Of a stretch of 64,000 nt of DNA, positions 14,201-27,380 are shown in pieces. The position numbers and the translations under genes are program-made. The first letter of the stretch is position 1, and each line of letters starts with the position of its first letter. The DNA comes from Camelus dromedarius (Eukaryota), in the NCBI RefSeq assembly GCF_036321535.1, contig NC_087472.1:91266001-91330000 (forward strand). Direction: 5' to 3'. The notes under the pieces were generated by a model that was not told the origin of the DNA, did no database searches, and saw only the letters and a list, made by a program, of their open reading frames with translations.

Positions 14201-17200
14201 AGTTTAAGGTAATTAGAATATATGGAATGAATTAGTAAAACTGCCAAAGAGAAAAATGTCAGTGGTCGGTACTAAGTAATTCACAAATGCTCAAAATTAA
14301 TTGAATTAAGAACAAAAAAAATTGAAAACTCATTAAAGAAGCTGAGATGGCAGAATTAGATTTGCAGAATAAGGGACCAAAAGCCAAAGAGAAGACCCCA
14401 AGCTGGAGGACTAAGCCCCTCATGGAGGTAATTTCTGAGAACAATTAAAAGAGGTGCCAGATCCAGATCCAGCAACAGCATTGGTCAGTTTCCCCCAGTA
14501 GGTCAGAGTCGGAAGGCCAAGATGTGAGCAAGAGGCAGAGCACCAATACCTGAGGAAGCGCCAGCAGCTGGAACTGAAGAGCCAGAGGGAACAACGGCAG
14601 CTGGATCGGAAGGGCCAGGAGAAACTGGAGCAGCTGGAGCATTAGGAGAAATAATGGCAGTTCATGCTAGAGATGGCCAGGTTCAAGGTCTCTGTTCTCT
14701 TCCTGACCATTTAGGAAATGGCAGATCACTCAAGCGAGTTCATGAGAATGAACATTTTTCTACTCATTGAGCATAGAACAAGAAAAGGAAGAGACATGGA
14801 GTCGAAGGGGAACGGGGCAATCCAGTCAGAGTCTCTGGTTCAGTGGCATTTCCATTTGGGCAAAGACCAGGTAAACACCTACTTCTTGTTCAGCATGACT
14901 CTTTGCTACCTGGCCATGTAGCCATGTCCTAGTTAGGAAAGTTTCTCAGTTGGTTATTGACTGCTCACCCAACCACTGAATTGAAAGGCTTTGTGATGCA
15001 GTGAGTGAGCACATCCCTAGGGGATGTCAGGGGATGTCAGAAAGGAAAGCTAAAGAGTGCGCTACAGTCTGTTGGGGCCATCTGCAGGAAGACATAAAAG
15101 GGCTGCTCTGGGAAGGCGCAGCCCCAGGAAAGCACTTCCCTGGTAGGTTGGAATGTCTAGAGGGAACAAGGAATTGCTAAGTTCCAAAGTAATTCAGAAA
15201 AATATCAGAAGGAAAACAGAATCCAGAATATCATACAGCTTGTTTCTAGAACGCACGCCCCTTATTTAGCCTCAAATAAATTGGACTTAAATGGTTTAGA
15301 CTATCAAATGAATAAGTTGGAAAAAAACCCAACTTGGATGATCTGAAATTTTTATTTGTATTAAATAAAGCCATATCTAATATATGCCTGGTAGATTTAG
15401 TTTGTTCTGAAAAACAAAGTCTTAAGAGTGAAGAGAAATGCAGTTGCCTCGATGCCCATGGACCAGGGTTAGTTCAGTGATGAGTAGCAGTATAGATGAA
15501 GAAATCACTTTTAGAATATTTAGAAATTACATCAGTTTTGGTTAGTCTTAACAATAGAAGGGAAATGTGCTGAAGAAAAAGAAGAAATGAACACACTAGA
15601 GATAATCTAAAGTATTTTCAGTTGACTGGGAGCAAAGGCAAATAATACATCTCCTCTGGATGGTTTGTTATGAGGCGCTGCTGGCCCGACAGGAAGGCAG
15701 GCTCGGGTTACGGAACACACCCTAAGCAAGGGCTGCTGACAGTTACGCAGTGTTATCGGGTTGTTTCCCTCGCAAAACATGGTAATAGTAAATCAGATAT
15801 AACTGCTATGTGTTACCACTAGCCAAAAGTTAAGCTACTAATTAAGCTGGGTAAAAGGTCATTTGCAAAGGGGAAGGGAGTATTGATGACTGAGGACATT
15901 TTCAGAGATCAGGTGGGGCCAAAAGAAAAATAGAGAGTTGAGGAGGAGGGTAAATCAAAACGTGTATGTCAAAATTGGGGGGCTGAAGCCTACTTCAACT
16001 GTTAGGTGTATAAATGCAAAATGCCAATGGCTTACATGAGTGTGTGTGACCCCAGGTAGGCTCTGCATGTACCCTAAGAATACCTGTTGTGAATAAATCA
16101 GCCATTTCATCTGGCATTCCTAGATTAAAAAGGCTATCAGCCAATTCAGAACAGTGGCCATGTTCTGAACATTTACTGAAGATTTATAGTCTGCTAGGCA
16201 CTGCTTAAGTGTCCTACATGTATCACTGATCTTCACCTCAAGCCTATGAGGTCCATACTTAGAATTTCTCCAGCTTAACTGTTGAGGGAACAGGCACAGA
16301 ATGGTAGTAAATAGAAAAAGTAGAATTTGAACCCAAAGTCTGAATCCAGAATTAAACTTCTATGATATTTCTGTCCTCTGGACCAGGCTAGTGCTCAGGA
16401 GAATCTGTTTTTTAAGCCATCTGAATCAGGTCAAACTGTACTTGGTTGTGTCTGAACACTATATGTCTTCCCTCTTGGGGAATAAATGATAAGTTAACTG
16501 TCCAAGAAAAAAAAACACCTATGATATAGGTACAATCAGGATGAATTCACAGTCTTAAAACAAGATCAGAGACCTCAAAGTTGAAATCTAATTTAGTTTC
16601 TTTTTCTGGTCAGAGTTGAAGAATCCAATCACTGCAAAACATGGCAGTATTTCTCTACACAGGATTGAAGGCGATCTAAGGCATTCAAAGAACCATGTAA
16701 AAAGAGACTTGAAAAATGAAAAATAAGTGGATCTTGATAAAGCTGAACAGTTGAATACTCTAGATTTTATAAAAGAAAAAAAAATCAGCTCCTTTCCAAA
16801 GAAACCCATTAAAAACAAAAACACACCTTTGCTGTTTAAGGCCAAGGAGTTTGAGGTGGTTGGCCATCTATGGTTTTCTTTCATGCTGATACTCTGAAAC
16901 ATAAATCAGTTCCAGAAAAGATAAAAGAATTGAGCTCAAGGTTCCTTCAGATCTCACCAGATGACTAACCAGGTTTAATCTCTGGCCTAGGTTTAATGAG
17001 TATGTAAAAATTTAAAAAGGCAAAGAGGATGACCAATGTTTTAGACTGCCACAGTCAGCATAAAGAATTACGTGTCACAGAGGACTTTAAATCCATTATC
17101 TTAGAAAAAAATGTTTGCAATACCATTTAAATAAGGAATAATGGCTCAGAGACCCATGATTTTTGTTGGTGGTTTTCTTTAATATACTAAAGGTCTCAAG

Positions 17201-20200
17201 TCAGTGACTCTTGCCTCCCTGGATACTATAGTCCTAATGACGAATAATATTTCTATATTAAATCATAAATTGTGCTCTACAGAAAGCTACCAGATGAGTC
17301 ATATTACACTAGGGTTGCCATGCGCACCAGTCAGCTTCAATAGTGAGGGACAAAACCTGGCCAAGAAGGGGGGAAACAGTTGGGCCATCCTAGTTAGGCC
17401 AGAATGTTCCACCAGTAGCATCGGTGAAATGCATCTATGAACGTACTAAATATTGATGATTCAAGTCTTTCCCCTCTTGACAGTTGAACCACTTGTATAG
17501 TTTTGAACTTCATCAGCTTAGTCTGTGGTGCATTTGCAAACCCAAACCTTTTTTTGCAATACTTCTTAGAAGACAGCAAGGTCTGTAGACCACTAATAAT
17601 AGTTAGTTTTGGAAGGAAAAGGCTTAGAAAAATGGCAGGGGCAGAGTAGAGGGAATTCTTTGGAAAATATTGGTGAAGATAACGCTAAGAGGGAGAAAGA
17701 AAAGTACCAGAGGGACAAGGAAAACCAAGACAGCCGAGAGAAGTCAAAGGCCTGCTTCACATCCAGAGCCACAAAGCTGCTGCCATCCACCTGTGAGGTC
17801 ATCGTGGTAAATGACAGCATCATGCAATAGAGACTGGGAAGCAGGGATGCATTTTATCTCCATTTTAGATATCACACCATTTGCCTCTTTCATCACAGAA
17901 TTAACACATTTTAAAACAATATGAAACTTCTAAAACAGGCCATCCATGCTTCAATAGACGCATTTAAACTTTATCCTGCTCTTATCAGTGTACCCGTTAT
18001 AAAAGATGCCAGTAGACAAACAAAAGGAATTTTTGCAAGGAAGAACAAGTAGCCTTTCTCAGTCTTCAACTTCTTCAAAGAAGCATATTTCATGTCTACT
18101 AACAGGACTCTGAAATTCTCCTGTCTCTGTTACTGTACTGGGAGGTGAGTGAGCGGATTGCTTACCAAGGACCCTTGAGCCATTAAAAAGAAGGCCACAT
18201 AAAAAGCAACTAAAAAAAAGAAATGTAGACTCTGCCTCTCTCATTTCCCTGTCTATAACAAATTCTGCTTATTAGTTATATAATTTAGTAAGTAAAGACA
18301 GAGAAAAGTCAAGAGGAGAAGGACAGGCCTAGAGGAACAGAAATTTACAAGAGAAAGGGACAAGGAAGCAAGAAAATCTAAGAGAGAGAGAGAGAGGGAG
18401 GGAAAAGTAGAAAACCCATAGACTATGATACAAACAAAGACAAAGAAGCTCAAAGACAAATATATGTAAAAATCTGATTTTGTTTCCATCAATACCACCT
18501 TGTGTTATTTTAAGATAAAGCTACTAAAGATTTAACATCATCATGCTGATATTCTCAACTGAGGACCTGCAGGGAGACAGGACACCTTAGTTTTCCTGGT
18601 TGAAATAAAATTGGAGGTAGATCTATCCTTGTCATTACTTCAAGTGGCTTCTCTTCCCAGCTAATCACTCCTCTGTCTACCTTTTCTAATCCCCTTCCTC
18701 TGTCTAGCTTCCAAATTCCTATCCCTAAGTCTTCTGTGTCACAAAGCCAAGCATGGTGCCTGCTTGGTTTGCCACCATATGCCTAGGGGCCATCATAGAA
18801 CCTGTCTACAGAAAGGTATGTACACTTTTGTTGAACAAATTAATTTTACCTTCATTCCTATAGTGAATTCATCTATAATAAACTGAGACGATCACCTCTA
18901 TGTTATCAACATTTAAGTCTACATTTTGAACAATCTCTTTATAATAGAGATACAAGTTTTAATTATCCAGAAATTAGCTTTGATTCTAAGCCCAATATTC
19001 ACTTTGTCCAAAAAATAAAGTCCAGGTTGGCCCTCCCATGTGGGCACTCCCTAAATAATATTTAATTTCCTTCTGTTCTTTCAGGCTGAAAATCTTGCAA
19101 TCCTGTTTTATTTTTGTCTCATCTTTATTCAATTTCCAAACATACCTTTCCTCTGAAAGGTCTTGCCAACTTGTCTTCTCTGTTCTCGCTGCACTAACCC
19201 CATCAGCAGTCTCAATGAACTCCTCTGCTAGATTTTACTGCAGAGATGAATCTTGTCCTTTTTAACATAATTACTTACATATTAGGATTTAAATGCTTTC
19301 TATTTATCTTTTCTTCCTATTTCTATCCCTTTTTCTTTCCTTTTTAAAAAAATCATTCAATTTCCCCTTTAAGCTTGTTAATTATACATTATTTTACTCT
19401 TCCTGCTTACCCTATATACAACATGCATTCTTGACAATAAAAGGGCCTCAAACACTTTAACCTCACTTACCCAATATTTCTTTCATGTACTACTGTTGCC
19501 ATGTAGTATTTAAATTTTTAATATATTTTGAACATCACAATACATTATTGTTTTATACAGTCAAATTCATTTAGACTGACCTACATAGTTACCCTTTCTA
19601 GGGCTCTGCATTTCATCTTGCATTGTCAAATTTCCACATAAGAACGTTTCTCTTCTACCAGAAAAAGACTGTTAGTAGGGATCTACTTGTAATGATTTCT
19701 ATCAATTTTTGTTTGTCTTGGCCTTTATACCTTATTTTCATTTCTTTAGGATATTTTCATTTCTTTAGGATAGAGAATTCTAGGTGAAAGTTATTGTCTT
19801 TTAGCACTTAAAGATTTCATTCCATTGTACTCTGACTTTGTTTCCACTAAGAAATCAGCTGAAAGTTTTAGTATTGCTCTCTTGAAGGTCATATCGTTTG
19901 GCTACTTTACAATTGTCCTTTTATGTACGGCTTTCTATGTATTTATCTTGTCTAAGGATCACAGTGCTTCTTCAATCTGTGGTTTGATATCTTTCATCAG
20001 TTTTGAAAAACTTTATCATTTCTTTTCTTCTGGGACTCCAATACAAACAGGTTGGACCTTCTTACCTTACCTCACCTCATATTTTTCTTGGATTTTTTCC
20101 TATATTTTCAAAACCTTTGTCTCTTTGTTCTTCAGTCTGGATATTTGTTTCTGATCTCCCAGGTAACTAATTCATCATAAGCTGTGTTTAATCTGATATA

Positions 20201-20489
20201 AAATTCATCAACTGAGTTTTTAATACAGTCCTAGAATTCATATTTTGAAATTTCTAATTCTTTGCTAAGATTATCAATATTGTCAACAGATTCCTTGAAC
20301 ATGTAGGTCATAGTTATTTTAAAGTTTGCTAACTCTAATATGAGGATTTCCTATGGATCTTTTTCTAATGTCAGTTGTTTATGTTGGTTTTTAGTTATTG
20401 TTGTTTTGAAAGCCTGGGGTTTTTTTAATAGAAAACAAGAAATTGTATATGAAAAGTGCTAGAGATAATTTTTCTTCCAGAAAGGGTTC

Positions 20490-20610
20490 ATTTTATTTAC
20501 TTTTTGTTTTGGGGGGAGGTAATTAGGTTTATTTACTTCCTTATTTATTTTAACGGAGGTACTCAAGGATTGAACACACGTGCTCTACCCCTGAGCTACA
20601 CTGTCCCGCC
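20490..20610 (-). mobile_element. tRNA-derived SINE, internally deleted
   Basis: Reverse-complement motifs GGAGGTAATTAGGTTT, GGATTGAAC and TGAGCTAC. Confidence 0.75.
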
Positions 20611-20681
20611 ATAGGATTCATTTTTGTTTCTGAAAGGAAGTTAGGCTAGGAGCATCAGCAATCTCAGATCATATTAAACCA

Positions 20682-20910
20682 CGGAGGATGGGAAGGGATA
20701 GACGGGATTTCAAAATTGTAGAATAGATAAACAAGATTATACTGTATAGCACAGGGAAATATACACAAGATCTTATGGTAGCTCACAGAGAAAAAAATGT
20801 GACAATGAATGTATATATGCTCATGTATAACTGAAAAATTGTGCTGAACACTGGAATTTGACACAATATTGTAAAATGATTATACATTAATAAAAAAATG
20901 TTTTTAAAAA
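20682..20910 (+). mobile_element. 5'-truncated L1 3' end (camelid type)
   Basis: L1 3'UTR-like sequence ending in AATAAA and an A-rich tail; 14-bp TSD ATCATATTAAACCA (20668-20681 and 20911-20924). Confidence 0.85.
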
Positions 20911-21043
20911 ATCATATTAAACCAGTCAGGGTTTTAAATTATTTGAATCTGGGCTTCAATTCTTGTGAGGGTTGGTATAGTGCCCATTTACCTAACTTCT
21001 AAGATTGGCCCTTCACAGTCGCAGTCAAAAGTCTGGCTTCCCA

Positions 21044-21350
21044 GGGGAGGGCACAGCTCAGTGGTAGAGTATGTGCTTAGCATGCACTAGGTCCTAGATT
21101 CAATCCCCAGTACACCTCCATTAAAAGAAATATTTATTATTTTTAAAAAAATAAATTTTAGGAGGGGGTAGGTAATTAAGTTTATTTAGTTTTAGAGGAG
21201 GCACTGGGGATTGAACCCAGGACCTCATTCATGCTAAGCGTGTGCTTTACCACTTGAGCTATATTCCCCCCACCTTCCATTAAAAGAAATAAATAAATAA
21301 ACCTAATTACCTCCCTCCTCCAAAAAAAAAAAAAAAAAGACCAAAAAAAA
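21044..21350 (+). mobile_element. tRNA-derived SINE interrupted by a second, antisense SINE
   Basis: Head at 21044-21132, tail at ~21276-21350. Confidence 0.88.
21133..21271 (-). mobile_element. Nested tRNA-derived SINE
   Basis: Antisense head; flanked by TSD TCCATTAAAAGAAATA (21117-21132 and 21276-21291). Confidence 0.88.
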
Positions 21351-22149
21351 AAGTCTGGATTGGATTTTACCAATATTCAGTACCATCCTTGGCAGCCTCT
21401 GATTCCACCTTTTGCCTCCTTATTTCAAGGAACCTATAAAAGTGCTGCTTAGCTTCTCAGATACTCCTTTCAGAATCTATAGATATCTCTAGGGAAAAAG
21501 CAACAACAAATGCCAAACTCACCTCTCTGGGCTTTCCTTTTCTCCTGGATCTTGGTCCCACAATTTCTCACTGCCTTGGTAGCCTTCCAGTTCTTTAGGC
21601 AGTTTCTTTTTTTGTCCGACTTCTCTCATTGTTCTCAGCAGACAAGTGCATTTGAAATAACCCATTCCGCCATTGTGGGAAGCTAAACTCTCCTTTATCA
21701 CCCATTTTGTTCCATGTTGCCCAGTCCATGGCTTACGGTGTCCTCTATATCCTCGCCAACCCCTATCTATCCAAATTAGAACATGGGATTTGGGGTTGGA
21801 AAGATTTACATTCAAAATGTGGCTTTACCTCTACTAATACTTATATGGCATTGGACAAATTATATAACTTTTCCATCAATCATTCATGAAATAAGCCAAG
21901 TAAAACCTGTTTCAGGGTCACTGAGATTAAATAAGTAAATGGCTTAGTATAATCCCTAGTACCTAGTAATAGCAGTTAGCACTGAGCATTTGCATCACTG
22001 CTAGTTCTATTAAAACTAGTAAATTAGTCATCCTATACTTGAATCTGATCAGACTCTTCACTCTTTGGTGAAATATGTGTACACATTTTTGCTTCATAGC
22101 TTGTTCACACTATCCTTCAATTCTTCCTTTTCTTTTTTCCTTTTGTTCT

Positions 22150-22400
22150 CCTCTTTGCTTTTTTTTCTTTCTTTTTCTTATTGATATATAGTTGGTGTAC
22201 AGTGTTGTGTCAATTTCTGGTGTACATCATAGTGATTCAATTACATATATTATTTTTCATATTCTTTTTCATTATAGGCTATTTTTATAGGGTACTGAAT
22301 ATAGTTCCCTGTGCTATGCAGAAGGACCTTGTTTATCTATTTTATATAGTTTACAGATGATGTCTGCAAATCCCAAACTCCCAAATTATCCCTCCACCCC
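22150..22400 (-). mobile_element. L1 3' end fragment
   Basis: PolyT followed by the typical antisense L1 3'UTR (AATATAGTTCCCTGTGCTAT); flanking repeat AATTCTTCCTTTTCTT. Confidence 0.75.
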
Positions 22401-24091
22401 TCTTCTAATTCTTCCTTTTCTTAATGTAAACCTTCCATACATTCTTCAAGGCCTAAAATGGAGTTCAATCTCCCTCAAAGGTACGCCAAAAATTCAAAAT
22501 CGACAGGAGCATGCACTGACTCTAATTCTTATTTAACTTAGTAGCACACAATTTATCAACTATTCCCTAATTTTGTGTTAGTCTCTTTTCAAAGCCAGAT
22601 TATAAAATGTTTCCAAAAACAGCCAACAATTCATATCCTCAATAACACACCCAGTGTAGCATCAAAGACATAAGAGGTTCTCAAAACATGCATGTGGTTC
22701 AGTATAGAAAAAATGTCTTCTTATTTCATAGGTACAGATTGAATTAATACTCCAAAGCACATAGAATGAGGTGCAGAGGAACACAGGTAGAAGGGAAAAA
22801 AATGAGCAAATAAGCACATAACAAAAAGCTTTTCTGGTAAAATATTTACTGAAATCCTTCACTATAGTAAGCATAACATCAAGTAGCCTAGTTGCATTAT
22901 TTTAAAGTGGCAACTCAAAGTCCAAAGTTGCATTTTTACAATTCAAAGTTTCGAGCTTAACAGGAAGTTTCTGGTTCTTTTGAGTAGGCCCTTCCTTTCA
23001 CAAGGGGAAAAAATAGTAAAGCCCTAACTAGCTCAAGAAGTTGGCTAACACTGTTCTCTCAAGTACTAGTCATTAAAATTGTAATACCCTGCTTATATTC
23101 AAAATGAGCTGCTCATGAAAATGAGAACAAAGTAAAGATTTAAAATATATACTTTTGTGTAATAGGGCCTTTGGCTGCAATGCTTTGACATTTTCTGCAC
23201 CTTTAATTTCTTATCACAAATACAGAAGACAAACTAAGTTCTTTCTTAAACACAATAACATTAAATCTCTTAATTTTTTTTATAAAGATTCTTCCCAAAG
23301 AATTCATGCTACTCTTACAAGGTACCTTTTTAGTGTATTTTCTGCATGACATCACTTTCTTCCAATCAATACTAAACTAACAATATTACTAAAGTAACTG
23401 TAAAGTAAAAATAGCTCACTCTATAATCCCATCTCTGACAATTGCTGCCTCCACTCTCCACCCTACAACCTAGTATTTTATAGACAAAAAAGTGTGCTTT
23501 GCTGTTTGTGACAGAATGACGCCTGTTAGTAACTGTATATTTAGAGCAAAATTTTCCTTTTAGCAAGTGACAGTGTCATTCAGAGCTGAACTGTCATGTG
23601 CTAAGAGTGATGTTAAAATATACCCATGGTTATTTACCTTTAATAAGATGTGACATCTAACGGTGGTATACTTGAGATTTTGAGTTTTTGAACTCCTGTT
23701 GAAATAGCCAAATTCAAAGCAGAAGGAACTAAAAGCTTGAGATTTTATTTTTATAACCTCAGCAGAGTGAATTCAAATTTTTAGATGGGAAGAACAAGTA
23801 CTTTAGAGACGGCGAGAGAGGGGACTGCAAACATTTGCAATCTTGACTTTTGAGGGGAGGAGGTGAGATCTCTTTTAGGTGTCAGAAACAGCAGGGATTA
23901 ATAAAACAGTTCTGGCAACATTAACTCATGAGTATAATACAAATAAACAGGAAAAGGGGAGAGCATAAGAAAGAGTTCATTCAAGATGTGAATATCTGAA
24001 AATGGTAAAGATTTAACAACTAATTTCTGAGAGGACTCTTCTGCCCAACCCATGAGACAGATTATAGGAAACATGACCTCATGCTTTTTTA

Positions 24092-24298
<207 letters not shown>

Positions 24299-27222
24299 CT
24301 ACTTCAGGAGGATAGTTCTCTCTCCCTTTTCCTCTTACACACACAACTAAACATGACAATTCGAAAAAACACTTGGAACGTTTGTAGTGGTATTGAGTCT
24401 ATTTTCTTTCAGTGGCCCCCGGAAAAGCAAACACCCAAACACACAATTGTTTCTTTTTCTTTCTACAGACTCCTTCCGGCTTCCCTACCAGCACAATGAC
24501 ATGGGTCCAGATCAATATCCAAATGAAATGCTCCTAGGTTGCCTTACAAAACGGGATTCAGTAACTTTCCAAATTTACAACATCCAATTATTATGCTGAG
24601 GAGTCCAACAAGAGCTTCATTCATTTATTTACTAACTGCTACAAGAAGTTTCCATCTGTGCACCTGTGTGTGCATGTGTGCATGCTTGCATTTTAAGAAA
24701 ATAGTCACAGTTAAAATCCTCCCTGCTGAGCAACCTCATATTATGGTTAGTTAGAAATTCAGTTTTATGCATGTAGTTTAATAATGTGACAAGCCACAGA
24801 GTTTGAATCAGGCATAAGTACAGTATGTGATGGCAATTGTATTATACTAACCAACATCTAACTCAAGTGCTATAGTTACAGTTAAGTTACTCCAAGTAAA
24901 ATGCTAATCCATGTCATCTTATTCAATTCCGCTTGATTTAGTTAGATTCGGAGGTTCTTAAGACTTTGTGGTACATTAGAATTAACTCCAGAGGTTTTAA
25001 AAAGTATCAGTGACCAGGTCCTGACCCAAACATTCCAATTTAACTGACCTACAGTGGGATCTGAGCATTGGTTTTTTTTCTTAAAACTCTCCATGTGATT
25101 CTACCACACAGCCGAGTGCTAGGATGGAGCTCTTCCAGAATTTAAGATTAGGACACACCTTAAAGGCTATAGAATCAACAACACATCTTATGCTCATATC
25201 TCCTGTGGAATCACCTGTCAGGTGACCATTCAGACAGTGTTTCTAGTGACAAGATACTCACTGCCTGTCTCCAGGCAGTCCAATCTCTACTGCTCAGCTT
25301 TGTTATTAAAAAAAAAAAATTCCTTTTCCTCATTGCTTCCACTTACAGATCTTTGCTATATTCTTTGGAGATACATAGAAATAAGGTTAATCCTTCTTCC
25401 ACATGTCAATCACTTTTTTAAAATTGAAGTTCAGTCAATTACAATGTATCAGTTTCTGGTGTACAGCACAATGTCCCAGTCATGCAGTCTATCACTCTTA
25501 AAGCAGCTACTTTGTCCCTTCAATGTTCTCTTCCCCTGCCTAGGCTAAACAATCCAACTTCCTTCCACCGCCCCACCTCTGTATGGCATGGTTTAAAGTC
25601 CCTTGACCACCTCTCCTAGGAACCTGCAAATATTGTCCACATTACTCAAGCTATACACCAGAGGAAAACACAGTAAGAATGTTCTGACCAACACAGAGCT
25701 GAGGGGGACTAGCAGCGCCCTTGTTCTAAATAATCTTTAACCAACACAGATTTATTTAACACCTTTTCTTGAGATACAATTTACTACAAGGAAACTTATA
25801 GGCTTAGGGTAAAAGGAAGAGATTTGGGGATGACTTTTTAAAAAATAGAAGATACAAAGGTTTATAGGAATAAAGAAGGTAGAGAAAGGAGAATGTGTGT
25901 GTGTGTGGGGGGGGGGGCGGTTAAGGGGGCTGAAAAACAATGGGATATGGTCCTGATTCTTGTAGTGCCAGGAGGGGATGGAATTAATACACAGGTAGAG
26001 GGAGGAGCCTCAGTAGGGAAGATTACTGCTTTCCTTGTGACAGCGGGGAGGGGCCAAGAGAGCCAGACATTAAGTACAGAGACAAGAAGTTGAGGAATGA
26101 AAACCCCAGAGCCTCAACTTTCTCCGTGAAGCAGCACACAAGATTATCTGCTGAAACGGGGATTCTGAGTCTTGGGCATTATTCAATAGAGCTCAGGCTC
26201 TGAAGCCAGACTGCTGGGGCTCAAATTTCAATTCCTGGGCTTCCTAGCAGTGTGACCCTGGGTCTCAGTTTTATCTTCCATAAAATGGAGATAATAGCTC
26301 TCACCTTACAGGGTTACCAGAAGGAATCCCTGAGTTAATGCATATTAAAACAGTGCCTGGCACATAGTAACCACTCAATAAATGTTACTGCTGCTCTTCA
26401 CAATCACTGTTACAGAGAGTGGAGTATCAGTCGCAGAGAACGGGACTGAGCCAAGCAGGACACAGAAAGGAATTCCCCAGCAGCACTGTGGGCACAGCAG
26501 AGGCCAGAGACCTCAGTGGGATCTTGGCAGTGGTTTTCAAGGTGGAGGAGTATTGTGAACACGATGACTGATGTGATACGAGACACCTTTAAAGTGAGGG
26601 CTCACAATGAATTCGTGGTCTACTAAACCCTCCTATTCTTCCCCAATGCATTAATTTTCCCTTAGCTAGGGGGCTGCTTCCTTCTTTGTAGTCCTTAAAT
26701 TGCTATTCTATGCCCCTTCCACCACCTTTCTTTATTGGCTCATTCTAACTTGTATGCAGAACTGTTTCTAGAGCTATTTCTATCTGATTCATTGGTCACA
26801 CGTTCCACCTTGACTGTTCCTTCTTTCCCTCTATCTTAATTCAGTTTCCTTCATGCTAAGTAAAATTGCTTTTCTTGCAGACAATCAAAATCCAGTGAAA
26901 CAGCTTCTCAGGACTCTCCTCCACCCACAAATGCACATCTAGTACTGGTCTCTCCCCACTCAGGCCTTCTGCAATGCCTCTCAACTTTTTCAGTGTGCTA
27001 ACTTCTTGTCATTTGTACCCTAAAAATCCCCTAGGATTTTCTATGTTTCTTAAAGAAAACTTTTGACTGCTCATCCCAGTACATGTGCCCCTCTTTAACA
27101 GCTCCTGATTTTAATTCCCTCTTTGTCAGAAAAACACATTCAGGTTTTATAATTCTCGACCCTTGTTCACCTACCATTTAAGAACTATATGCATAAAGTA
27201 TATATTTCCTGGCCTTACAGTA

Positions 27223-27380
27223 TTTATTTATTTACTTATTTGTTGGTTTATTTAGCAGGGGGAGGTAATTAGATTTACTTATTTTATTTTTAGAGGAGGT
27301 GCCAGGGATTGAACCCAAGGTCTCTGCAGGGCCCTGGGCATGCTAAGTATGTGCTTTACTGCTTGAGCTACACCCTCTCC
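27223..27380 (-). mobile_element. tRNA-derived SINE
   Basis: Antisense A/B boxes, (TTTA)n tail, TSD CCTGGCCTT(A/G)CAGT. Confidence 0.85.

Noticed and set aside
21044..21115. tRNA-like sequences here and at 3580, 8187, 27223, 35115 and 36525
   Set aside because: They have SINE bodies, A-rich tails and mostly TSDs, so they are tRNA-derived SINEs, not tRNA genes.
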